From assembly GCA_024226255.1 (NCBI GenBank), contig JAAELU010000141.1:23093-87092 (forward strand): a stretch of DNA of 64,000 bases. Reading direction: 5' to 3'. Position 1 is the first letter of the stretch, and every line of letters starts with the position of its first letter. The translations under genes and the position numbers were made by a program. This DNA is from a bacterium. GTDB lineage: Bacteria; Actinomycetota; Acidimicrobiia; Spongiisociales; UBA5794. The notes beneath the pieces were generated by a model that had not been told where the DNA came from, made no database searches, and saw nothing but the letters and a program-made list of their open reading frames with translations. This document shows positions 36,846 through 45,437 of the stretch, piece by piece.

Positions 36846-36880
36846 AAGTAGGCAAGTAGCAAGTAGCCAGTAGCAAGTAC
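36846..36880. repeat. Tandem 7/8-bp repeat (CAAGTAG)n upstream of the small acidic protein gene
   Basis: caagtag-g-caagtag-caagtag-c-cagtag-caagtac. Confidence 0.7.
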
Positions 36881-36956
36881 CGCCACATCGGGAGGTTCGA
36901 CATGCGCCGTAGTGCGTCTTGCGGTTGCCCTCGCGCTCGCTTCCCGAGGTTCTTGT

Positions 36957-36990
36957 TACGGGATACGTGATACGGGATACGTGATACGAG
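36957..36990. repeat. Tandem 14-bp repeat (TACGGGATACGTGA) x2.4
   Basis: tacgggatacgtga tacgggatacgtga tacgag. Confidence 0.7.
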
Positions 36991-37339
36991 TCCAAGGGGA
37001 AGCTCGTCGATCGCCCAATTGCCGCCTAACCGCGGCTCCAACTAGTTCGTGTTGGCTGACAACGGAATGCGGCGGGGTGCGGCCGGCAATGCGGATGACC
37101 AAGCTGGCCGGGCCGGAGCTTCTTCCGGTCCGAAGAGCTCAGCGAGGCTGAGGCCGCGACCCAAGTCGTGCCGGCAGCGTTCTTCGCAACGCCGGTATGG
37201 ATCTCTTACCACTTCGTAGTTCTGTGCGACCATGTATTACTAGTCGGCACTAGACACCTAACTAGTAAGCACTTTGCGTGGTTTTTCGCGTTCTTGAATC
37301 TTGCCTATTCATCCTCGATGAGGCCTTCCACTACTGACA

Positions 37340-38518
37340 GTGGTGAGTTATGTTCAGCCGATGAAGTCCTCGCCTTTCAAGCCTTTGGCGCTCGGATTGG
37401 TTGTGCTGGCAACGATGCTCGGGGCACCCCAACCGGAAGCTTCCGCGGCGGGAGCACCAGCTTGGTATGCCAAACCGTCCGTGACCGGTGATCTACGAAC
37501 GATCGATGTCGCTCTTGGCGATTCCCTGCAAGCTGCGTTCGATGCCGCTCTGCCGGGTGACACGATCCTGCTGGCGCCGGGTCGGCATGAGATTCAGGGC
37601 AACCTGGTCCTTCGCAATTCAGGCACGCCAGAGGCGTGGATCAGGATCACATCGCCGTCTGGGGGGAACCGCGCCGTGATCGATCTCAATGGCAGCGGTG
37701 AGTTCCGCATTTCCGGGTCGTACGTGCAGTTGCGCCGGGTGAGGATCCGACACGGTGGTGGCAACAATCTGCACATTGCCCCCGAGGCTTCGGACCAAAC
37801 CCACGTCATAGTCAGCCGAGTGAACATTCGAGCGCTCGAGTGGGGTCCCGGAGCCGCCATCAAGATCAATCGAAACGGCGTTCACGACGTGCGGCGCATC
37901 TATCTCATCGACAACGACGTCTCGGAGGCGCTGTCCAACGCCGTGATCGATGGCGTCGGCGTTCGTAAGGTCGTCGTGCGATCCAACCGGATCCATGACA
38001 ATGCAGTTGGTAGCCACGGCATCTTCTTCAAGGGCGGCTCGTCGAAGATCCTCATCGAGCGCAACGAGGTCTACGGGATTCGGCAGAATGCCGCCGTCCA
38101 GCTCGGCGGCAATACCGGCCCCAACTTCTTCGATCCGCTGTGGCCGCAATGGGAGGGTGTTGGTCAGGTGGTGCGCAACAACCATGTCTTTGACTTCGAT
38201 GACTCGGCGTTCGAGATTCGTGGAGTGCTCCGGGGCAAGATCTACAGGAACACTGTGGAGACTCAGTCGAGCTTCGCGATCTTCCGGCTGCAATGTGGCG
38301 AGGTGGCTGGCGGAGGTGGAACTTCAGGCAACGAAGCGATCGTCATCCGTGACAACACGATCGAGGCAACCGGTGACCCCCAGTATGCCCGCAATGACTG
38401 CGGCCCGGTTGACATCCGGTTTGCCCGCCAGACGTGGATCGGAACGTTCCACAACTCTGGAAGTGCCGGTCCCGACGTACCGACGTTCCCGTTGCCGAGC
38501 GATACGGTGATTCCCTAG
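37340..38518 (+). CDS. secreted right-handed parallel beta-helix repeat protein (pectate-lyase/NosD-like)
   Basis: Signal peptide MKSSPFKPLALGLVVLATMLGAPQPEASAAG; repeated beta-helix rungs (HIAPEASDQTHVIVSRVNI, VVVRSNRIHDNAVGSHGIFF, ILIERNEVYG). The start may be ATG 37361. Confidence 0.65.
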   Translation: MVSYVQPMKSSPFKPLALGLVVLATMLGAPQPEASAAGAPAWYAKPSVTGDLRTIDVALGDSLQAAFDAALPGDTILLAPGRHEIQGNLVLRNSGTPEAWIRITSPSGGNRAVIDLNGSGEFRISGSYVQLRRVRIRHGGGNNLHIAPEASDQTHVIVSRVNIRALEWGPGAAIKINRNGVHDVRRIYLIDNDVSEALSNAVIDGVGVRKVVVRSNRIHDNAVGSHGIFFKGGSSKILIERNEVYGIRQNAAVQLGGNTGPNFFDPLWPQWEGVGQVVRNNHVFDFDDSAFEIRGVLRGKIYRNTVETQSSFAIFRLQCGEVAGGGGTSGNEAIVIRDNTIEATGDPQYARNDCGPVDIRFARQTWIGTFHNSGSAGPDVPTFPLPSDTVIP

Positions 38519-38544
38519 GGAAGACGCCGCATCGCAAGACTGCT

Positions 38545-38943
38545 TCAACCCCAGCCCAACTCGTGGAGGCGTTCATCGCCGATTCCCAGATGGTGGGCCA
38601 TCTCGTGAAGGACGGTTTTGCGGATCTGTATGGCGAGTTGGGCGGGACTGCGGGCGAATCGCAGGTGTTCCTCACGAAAGATGCTGATTCGGTCGGGAGA
38701 TGTCGCGTAATAGCTCATTCCACGGTCCTTCAGCATCACCCCTTCGTAGAGGCCCAACAGCCGATGGCCGTGTTCGGCTTGGGTGGGAGTTGGTCGATCC
38801 TGGACCACTACGTGGAGGTTGTCGATGCGCTCGACGACCCATTCGGGCAGTTCAGCAAGCACGTCATCGACGATACGTTCGAACGCGGCGAGGTCTCCCC
38901 GCAAAGCGAGCTCGCCGTCATTCGCAGCTGGGGCGGTGTCCAC
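38545..38943 (-). CDS. zincin-like metallopeptidase family protein (Zincin_1/DUF1025-like)
   Basis: C-terminal TVLHEMAHHLGIGDERLHELG HExxH motif; about 130 aa. Confidence 0.6.
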   Translation of the reverse strand: MDTAPAANDGELALRGDLAAFERIVDDVLAELPEWVVERIDNLHVVVQDRPTPTQAEHGHRLLGLYEGVMLKDRGMSYYATSPDRISIFREEHLRFARSPAQLAIQIRKTVLHEMAHHLGIGDERLHELGWG

Positions 38944-39028
38944 GACACGAGGTTAGAGGTGGCGCCGGTCATAACCGACAGTCGTCGATCGCAGAAGGGG
39001 AGTGATCCCGAGCTAGTTTGCGGCAATC

Positions 39029-39766
39029 GTGAGCGAGGGCACCTACATCGTGACAGGAGCTTCGTCCGGCATCGGACGAGCCGTCGCTGCCAATATCGCG
39101 CGGCGCGGCCATCGTGTTGTCGCGGTGGCCAGATCGGAGGGTCCTCTCACTGCCCTGGCGTCGCAATGCGGTCCCCATGTCTCGGTGGTTCCCGCGGATG
39201 TGGCCAGCGAGGAGGGTATTGCTGCGGTGGTCGATGCCGTTCGCGACACAGCAGTGATTGCCGGAGTTGTACACGGGGCGGCTTCGCTGGTGCCGCTAGA
39301 GGTCTATGCGGATGTAGATCCCAGCGAGCTGGTCGGCCACTTCGCGGTGCACGTTGCCGCTCCGATCGCCCTCTGCCAAGCAGTGGCGAAGGGCCACGTC
39401 GTGGAGCGGATGCTCTTCATTGACAGCTACTCGGCCTCAACCCCGCGGGCGGGATGGCCCGCGTATTCGATAGTCAAGGCTGCGGCGCAGATGGCGGCGC
39501 GCAGCGCGGTGGTTGAAGGGGCGGCATCGCATGTGATCAGGGTCTTCCCGGGGGCAGTCAATACCCCGATCGTGGATGCCGTCTTGGCGTCCGACACGCC
39601 GACCGCCGCGGAGTTCTCTGCGATGCTCGATCGAGGGGAATTCGCCCAGCCGGCAGAAGCGGCCGAGTTCATTGCAGGCGTTTTGATCAGCGCTTCCGAT
39701 GACCTGCTGGAGACACGAGAGGCCTGGGACTACAGCAATCCTGAGGACCGTGCGGCCGTTTTCTAA
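39029..39766 (+). CDS. SDR family oxidoreductase
   Basis: YIVTGASSGIGRAVAANIARRGHRVVAV Rossmann motif; a YxxxK region around YSIVKAA. Confidence 0.75.
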   Translation: MSEGTYIVTGASSGIGRAVAANIARRGHRVVAVARSEGPLTALASQCGPHVSVVPADVASEEGIAAVVDAVRDTAVIAGVVHGAASLVPLEVYADVDPSELVGHFAVHVAAPIALCQAVAKGHVVERMLFIDSYSASTPRAGWPAYSIVKAAAQMAARSAVVEGAASHVIRVFPGAVNTPIVDAVLASDTPTAAEFSAMLDRGEFAQPAEAAEFIAGVLISASDDLLETREAWDYSNPEDRAAVF

Positions 39767-40434
39767 CCGCCACCGTCGGTGAAGTCCACCTGATTCGCTA
39801 TCGACGCTGAGGCGACGCGGTCCGAGAGCCGCTGGCCCACTGTGTCGTCAGACACTGGTACGACTTTGGGGGCCGCGGGCTTCTTGGCCGCGGTCTTGGC
39901 CGCCGAAGCCTTGGTGGCGGCTGTCTTGGGCTTGGCGGCTGTCGGTGCCTTGGAAGCTTGGGGCTTCTTCGCAGCTGGCTTCTTGGCCGGCGGCTTGTTG
40001 GCGGTCGAGCCGATGGCCTCTTCCACGCCGGCACCAGCTGCCCTGGAGACGGACATGTCGATGACTGTGTCCGGATCAACGGAGGGCTGGCCCGGGGCGG
40101 ACTCGTCTTTTGCGGTCTGAATCGCTTCGCCGTCGGGATCGGCTGCGGCGGTGTCTGCCGCCGGGGCGAGTTCGATCAACTCATCAGCGGCTTCGCCGCG
40201 TGTCGCAGCTCCGTCGCGGATCGTCTCGTGAGCGACCTGAAGGCGCCGGTTGAGATCTTCAATCGTGTCCCACGCAATCGCGAGCTCTCGCTCCATCGGG
40301 GCATCCGCCCGGCTCTGCGAAAGCCGCTTGTTGATGCGGAGCGCTTTGGCCTGGGATACGCCATAACCGATGCCCCCGCCGGCAACTGCGGCGAGGAGGA
40401 TCCAAAACACGATTTCTGATGCTGCGTAAAACAT
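39763..40434 (-). CDS. membrane-anchored protein with coiled coil and a Lys/Ala/Pro-rich (PAKKPAAKKP) histone-H1-like tail
   Basis: N-terminal TM IVFWILLAAVAGGGIGYGV; repeats KPPAKKPAAKKPQASKAPTAAKPKTAATKASAAKTAAKKPAAPK. Confidence 0.55.
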   Translation of the reverse strand: MFYAASEIVFWILLAAVAGGGIGYGVSQAKALRINKRLSQSRADAPMERELAIAWDTIEDLNRRLQVAHETIRDGAATRGEAADELIELAPAADTAAADPDGEAIQTAKDESAPGQPSVDPDTVIDMSVSRAAGAGVEEAIGSTANKPPAKKPAAKKPQASKAPTAAKPKTAATKASAAKTAAKKPAAPKVVPVSDDTVGQRLSDRVASASIANQVDFTDGGG

Positions 40435-40441
40435 AACTTCC

Positions 40442-41782
40442 CTACTGATCGGCAGGTGTCAGCTGGAACCGGAGAAGTTCTCCTTCTCCCGCGGCTGCCC
40501 CCGCTGACACTCGACTTGGGTCGATTCCAAGGCGGACGAGGTGGGCCCCAATTGCTTCGGCTCTTCCCTGCGCTAGTTCGTCGGGATCGACGCTCCCTTC
40601 TCGCTCCTCGGCATGAACTTCGATCGAGATGTTGAGGTTGGGGTCCGCCTCGAGGAAGGCGACGAGCACAGTCGCCAGCTCGGCCACCTGAGCTGTCGGC
40701 TTCAGTTTGTTGCCCGTGAACGCCTTGCCGCCGGACATGTTGCCGCCAATCCCGGTGCCGTCGGAGCGAAGCGTCCACTGTTCCCCAGAACTCAGGACGG
40801 TGACGATCTCGGGAACTCTCCACAGCATGTAGGTGTCGGCTGTGCCCTCGCTCAATTGGAGCTTGCCGGTGACTTCGAGTTCCTCACCTCCGCGGACTAC
40901 GGCCAACGCGATCGGCTTCCGAACGTCGGCGTTGGCGACGGTTCCTTCTATCGACACGGTGCTGTCACCCGGAGATATGATTTGGAAGTGAGGCAGCTCC
41001 AACGGTGATACGACCACGTTGTTCTTAATGGCGACGTCAGGGCCAAGCGCCTCAGCCAGGCGAGCCACCGCGGCATCAGCCGCGGCCTCATCAACAGCTC
41101 CGCCGGTCAGTGTGGCCCCATCGGCGTCGAGAGTCAGATGGGCGTCGATCAACATTGTGAGAATGGGAACGGTGCCGGGGGCATCTCCCAGCCACGAATG
41201 CGCTACCACTGATCCGTCCACCCCGATCTGATTGCCAACGTTGTCCCCCCAGAAGTCTTCGCTGGCATCGGCCAGAGCACGAATTGTGCCGGCGGCCGGG
41301 ACCGTTCCCCGTAGCGCCAGCCGGCCCGCACGAACCGTCATAGTCAGCACGGCGCCGGGCTCGGGTGGGGTTGTTGTCGTCGAGGCGACCGGGGGAGTCG
41401 TCGGCGAGACGATGTTGCCGGAGCCTTCGACCCATGTGACCTTGGCGACTCCGCCCATTGCGGCGAGAGCGTTCACTGCACCGTTTTGCTCGTTGGTGGA
41501 GAGGTTGGAGACGATGGTGGCTTGGCGGCCGGTAAACGTGATCTCTTCAATTCGATAACCGGCGTCTGTCAGGGCCTCACGGCTCGCCGATTCGAGACTG
41601 CGCTCTTCAGCTCTAATGCCCCAAGGTATTGCCAGCAAAATGATGGCGCCGAGCGCGACAAACCAGGGCCACTGCTTGCGCAGCGCGGGCCAGCTCTCCC
41701 AGTTACGTGGTCGCGCCTCTTCGAGGCGCTGCCGGATTTCCTCCATACGCCGTGTTCTTCGGCAGGAAATCAGGAGGACCAA
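40442..41782 (-). CDS. OmpA/MotB-family peptidoglycan-associated membrane protein
   Basis: N-terminal TM WPWFVALGAIILLAIPW; C-terminal OmpA-like module NISIEVHAEEREGSVDPDELAQGRAEAIGAHLVRLGIDPSRVSA. Confidence 0.6.
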   Translation of the reverse strand: MVLLISCRRTRRMEEIRQRLEEARPRNWESWPALRKQWPWFVALGAIILLAIPWGIRAEERSLESASREALTDAGYRIEEITFTGRQATIVSNLSTNEQNGAVNALAAMGGVAKVTWVEGSGNIVSPTTPPVASTTTTPPEPGAVLTMTVRAGRLALRGTVPAAGTIRALADASEDFWGDNVGNQIGVDGSVVAHSWLGDAPGTVPILTMLIDAHLTLDADGATLTGGAVDEAAADAAVARLAEALGPDVAIKNNVVVSPLELPHFQIISPGDSTVSIEGTVANADVRKPIALAVVRGGEELEVTGKLQLSEGTADTYMLWRVPEIVTVLSSGEQWTLRSDGTGIGGNMSGGKAFTGNKLKPTAQVAELATVLVAFLEADPNLNISIEVHAEEREGSVDPDELAQGRAEAIGAHLVRLGIDPSRVSAGAAAGEGELLRFQLTPADQ

Positions 41783-41803
41783 AGGCCTGATCCACCGAAA
41801 TGT

Positions 41804-42442
41804 CTAGAGGGTGACGAGCGCCAAGATGAGGAGGGTCTGCCCGGCGTGATAAGTAATCATCGTGATCAGTCTTCCGTTGGCGATTGGGCTGACAAATCGA
41901 TTCCAACCCAATGTGGCATCGGATCCATAGAAGAGGGCCGCTCCGGCTGTGGCGATTGCGTTTGTCGTCGCCGCGGCAGACACGACCATCGCTGAGATGA
42001 CGGTCATGTACAGAGCGACCGGTAACTGGAGGCGAGAGTCCTGGGTGTTTGCTCCGTTCAAGATACGTTTGCCCAGGACGGCGAATGCGATGAGCGCTGC
42101 GCCGAGAGCGACTATCGCGGGAGCCAGGCTGAAACCAGCCAGCACGAGTCCGACGACGTATGCGACATGAGCTGCCAGGAAGGACGCCAGCCCGGCGATG
42201 AACTGGTCGGGCTCCAGCATCAGGAAGACGTCACCGGCCAGGCTGAGGACAAGAGCCAGGATGAACCAGGCCCGTGTCGAAGTTGCTGCGGTGTCTATTG
42301 ACAGCGCCACGCGGATGAGCAAGAGCATTGTGAGTGGCTTGGTGACGAGTAATACAGGTCGTCGAGTTGTGGCGACCGACCACCAATGGATGAGAGCCGA
42401 AACTGCCGTGAGCACTAGGAAGATGACAGCCGTGGCGTTCAT
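41804..42442 (-). CDS. YhhN-family (lysoplasmalogenase-like) integral membrane protein
   Basis: A 212-aa protein with 7-8 predicted TM helices and YhhN-like spacing (family-level call). Confidence 0.45.
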   Translation of the reverse strand: MNATAVIFLVLTAVSALIHWWSVATTRRPVLLVTKPLTMLLLIRVALSIDTAATSTRAWFILALVLSLAGDVFLMLEPDQFIAGLASFLAAHVAYVVGLVLAGFSLAPAIVALGAALIAFAVLGKRILNGANTQDSRLQLPVALYMTVISAMVVSAAATTNAIATAGAALFYGSDATLGWNRFVSPIANGRLITMITYHAGQTLLILALVTL

Positions 42443-42495
42443 GCCCGAACGCTAGCGGGCCGGTCCCGGCCCACTGCTACGATTGCGGCTCGAAC

Positions 42496-42569
42496 GGGCG
42501 CTTAGCTCAGCGGAAGAGCGCTGCCTTCACACGGCAGAGGTCACTGGTTCGAACCCAGTAGCGCCCACC
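42496..42569 (+). tRNA. tRNA-Val (anticodon CAC)
   Basis: gggcgcttagctcagcggaagagcgctgccttCACacggcagaggtcactggttcgaacccagtagcgcccacc. Confidence 0.9.
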
Positions 42570-42803
42570 GATCCAGAAACGTATGCGTGGCTCGTTTTCT
42601 CAATGCTGTCAAAGGGTGTCGGGTAGTGCCCGGTTGGACGATCTCTTAGCCGCGGATAGTCCCCGATCACCTGAGATATGCGAGTGCTGCGGACACCATG
42701 CGGACACCAGGTACGTGAGGCGAAACCGTGAGGTCCTGAGAGGGTGTCTTCATGTGCGGGCCCGGGATGCGCGCCACCATGGGTTTCTCCGATTTGGCAA
42801 TGG

Positions 42804-43655
42804 CTAGGCCGACATTGGCTCGGCAGAGGCCAAGGTGGCGATCTGGTCGATGACCTCAGATGCCCGGAGCACGCCGTTGTGCCCGTGGCCCTGTGTGCTC
42901 ACGAGCCCTGCATCCCAACGGTTGGCCAGCAGCTTCGCGTGTTCAATCGGTACCATGTCATCATCAACATCGTGGATGAGCATTGTGCTGTCGGGGACGT
43001 TCATGTCGAGTATCCCGGCTGGAATCCGCTCCCATATGTCCTCGCCAAACCTGTTGTCCATCGATTGCTCAACAGCCTTTGTGACCACCGGCCGAAGCCG
43101 CAGGGTCGCCGCGAAGGTTTCGAGAACTCGACGGGGCCGTAGCTCGGGGGCCAGCAGCACGAGCCTGTCGGCTCTGAGCGAACCTTGCATCGCCACGGAT
43201 GTGGCCATTGCTCCCACTGAGTGTGCGACGACGATGTCGACCTTGCCAAGCGCGTTTCCAGTGATCTCGATGGCGTCCGCCATCTCGAGGGGGTTAGTGG
43301 AACGTCCGGCCTCGATGCCGTGGGCTGGGAGGTCGATGACCACACATCGGTAGCCTTCCTCTGTGAGCCGCAAGGCGATCCGGCGGTATTGTCGCGACGA
43401 CCCGGCCCATCCGTGGATCAGGAGAGCCGTCCGCGAACCATCACCTATCTCATACCCGTGGACCACTGATCCAGCCGACTCGAAGGTGATCCTCCGTGCC
43501 CCCGGTGGAATCTGCGGTGACCGAGGTCGAGCGAGCGGGAACGGCGTGAACCACAGATATGTGGCGATACGCCCTGCAAGCTTTGGGGCAACAAACGAGA
43601 GGGCTCCGAGGCCGACGCTTGTCGTCTTCTGCGCTACCGCCTCTCTTCGACTCAT
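42804..43655 (-). CDS. alpha/beta hydrolase
   Basis: LLIHGWAGSSRQY; nucleophile elbow VVAHSVGAMA; ATGA coupling to an upstream small ORF. Confidence 0.7.
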   Translation of the reverse strand: MSRREAVAQKTTSVGLGALSFVAPKLAGRIATYLWFTPFPLARPRSPQIPPGARRITFESAGSVVHGYEIGDGSRTALLIHGWAGSSRQYRRIALRLTEEGYRCVVIDLPAHGIEAGRSTNPLEMADAIEITGNALGKVDIVVAHSVGAMATSVAMQGSLRADRLVLLAPELRPRRVLETFAATLRLRPVVTKAVEQSMDNRFGEDIWERIPAGILDMNVPDSTMLIHDVDDDMVPIEHAKLLANRWDAGLVSTQGHGHNGVLRASEVIDQIATLASAEPMSA

Positions 43656-43837
43656 GCGACCCTCTTGACCTGAGGTCGGTCTTCTTGGGTCAACCGGGCG
43701 GGCTCTGCGATCGGACCAACGCCGTAGTTGAGATCGGCGATGACCTCTTCGGGCGAGAGGTCGAGTTCAAACCCATCGAGATTGATCGCGATCCTTCCTT
43801 TTGCACCCTGTCGGTCTCGGTTTCTGAGCTTCTGCAA
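43652..43837 (-). CDS. candidate small protein (61 aa) co-transcribed with the hydrolase
   Basis: GGAGGAG RBS 2 nt before ATG 43837 (a very short spacer, atypical); MLQKLRNRDRQGAKGRIAINLDGFELDLSPEEVIADLNYGV...; the stop overlaps the hydrolase ATG. Confidence 0.35.
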   Translation of the reverse strand: MQKLRNRDRQGAKGRIAINLDGFELDLSPEEVIADLNYGVGPIAEPARLTQEDRPQVKRVA

Positions 43838-43850
43838 CATGGCTCCTCCA

Positions 43851-43902
43851 TAGTGAGTTGCGATACACAACTCACTATTGCACAGTCCGTTGCAAAGTGC
43901 AA
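43851..43902. promoter_or_regulatory. Operator-like palindromes in the divergent promoter region between the small-ORF/hydrolase operon and the HxlR regulator gene
   Basis: TAGTGAGTTG-cgataca-CAACTCACTA (a perfect 10-bp inverted repeat, 43851-43877) and TTGCAC-N13-GTGCAA (43878-43902). Confidence 0.55.
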
Positions 43903-43923
43903 CCCACTAAGATATGATGATGG

Positions 43924-44440
43924 CATGGCATCGACAGAGTTGAGCGAAACGGGCACCAACCGCTACGACATTTTCGACTGCTCCGTGGCGCGGACACTCG
44001 AACACGTCGGAGAGCGATGGACATTCATGGTCCTACGAGACGCGTTCTACGGCATCCGCCGTTTCGACGACTTCCAAGCCAGTCTCGGCGTCGCGAGAAA
44101 CATCCTGACCAAACGTCTCGCCAAGCTCGTGGACGCCGGGATCATGCGCAAGGAGCCCTACCAGGAGCATCCGACCCGGTACGAGTACGTGCTAACTGAG
44201 AAAGGGCGGGATCTTGTGCCGGTCCTCACCTCCCTTCTCGCATGGGGCGACAAGTGGGAGACGGAGAACGAGCCGCCGGTGCGACTAATCCACACCACCT
44301 GTAAGAACGTGATGCACAGCCAGGCCGTCTGCTCCGAATGCGGCGACGAGATCAACGCCTTCAATCTGCACCTGGACCCAGTCCCCCAGATCGTGATCGA
44401 ACGGGTCGTCAAAGCGAAGCTGGCAGCCCACACGACCTAA
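43924..44440 (+). CDS. HxlR-family (MarR-like) transcriptional regulator with a Cys-containing C-terminal extension
   Basis: CSVARTLEHVGERWTFMVLRDAFYGIRRFDDFQASLGVARNILTKRLAKLVDAGIMRK HxlR helix-turn-helix; C-terminal CKNVMHSQAVCSECGDE. Confidence 0.7.
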
Positions 44441-44449
44441 CCGCGGGCT

Positions 44450-44490
44450 CTGGTTTGGGCTTGATAGGTTCGAACCCAGTAGCGCCCACC
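44450..44490 (+). repeat. Tail-only copy of the repeat: a 24-bp direct repeat of the tRNA-Val(CAC) 3' end (ggttcgaacccagtagcgcccacc, 44467-44490)
   Basis: Identical to 42546-42569. The preceding ctggtttgggcttgata resembles the repeat-body terminus (ggttgctggcgcggataa). Confidence 0.8.
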
Positions 44491-44673
44491 AGAGGCATCG
44501 TTGCAGGGCAACGGGACCGGTCGAAGAAGCAGCCAGTCCGTCTGACATTCCCCAACGAGCCGAACTACGGTGACCTGTGGGTGCGACGACTCGTCACCCA
44601 CATGTACGAGCACCTTGGCCAGGTGATCGCGATCGTGCCTCCCTGCAGCCGCTGACCGACCGATCGGAAGATT

Positions 44674-45261
44674 ATGAGCATGTCCGACTACACACCGACC
44701 TTCTTCCCCGGACCCGCCGACTTCCGAGCGTGGCTCGACGAGCACCACGCGACGATCGACCACCTTTGGGTGGGCTATTACAAGAAGGCGACGAACAAGC
44801 CGTCCGTGACCTGGGAAGACACGGTCGCTGAAGCGCTGTGCTACGGATGGATCGACGGGATCCGGAGGTCTCGCGACGACGAGAGTTACATGGTGCGCTT
44901 CACACCTCGCAAATCGAGGAGCGTCTGGAGCCAAAGAAATATCGACCTCGTCGAACGGCTCACCTCGGAAGGCCGCATGAAAGCTGAGGGTCTCGCTGCC
45001 TTCGCCTTTAAGGATGTGCACCCAGACAGTGGGTACGCGACAGCGAAGTTCGACGGAGCGTTGACGGACCAGATGATCTCCCGATTCAAGGCGACCACGG
45101 GCGCATGGGAGTTCTACCAAGAGCAACCGCCCGGCTACCGCCGGCAAACGGCACGTTGGGTGATGAGCGCGAAGCGTGAGGAGACTCGAGAGCGGCGGCT
45201 GGCGACGCTGGTCGACGACTCGGGGAACCGACGGCGCATCAAGCAGCTTCGTAGGGGCTGA
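44674..45261 (+). CDS. YdeI/OmpD-associated family protein (DUF1801-like)
   Basis: 195 aa, containing HLWVGYYKKATNKPSVTWEDTVAEALCYGWIDGIRR and a C-terminal REETRERRLATLV; family-level assignment. Confidence 0.5.
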   Translation: MSMSDYTPTFFPGPADFRAWLDEHHATIDHLWVGYYKKATNKPSVTWEDTVAEALCYGWIDGIRRSRDDESYMVRFTPRKSRSVWSQRNIDLVERLTSEGRMKAEGLAAFAFKDVHPDSGYATAKFDGALTDQMISRFKATTGAWEFYQEQPPGYRRQTARWVMSAKREETRERRLATLVDDSGNRRRIKQLRRG

Positions 45262-45437
45262 AGGTGGCAGTTGGCGGGACGTCGTTGCCAACTAGATGGG
45301 CGATACGACTGATCTGGAGGCAGACCAACACGAGCCCGACCGGCCTGGACCTGCCCGCAGGTTCCTCAAACGACGCCGCGGCAAGCTGCCGAGTGTCGGG
45401 TGGGGCTAGGCTCGGATACGGCGACTGGAGGGTTCTG

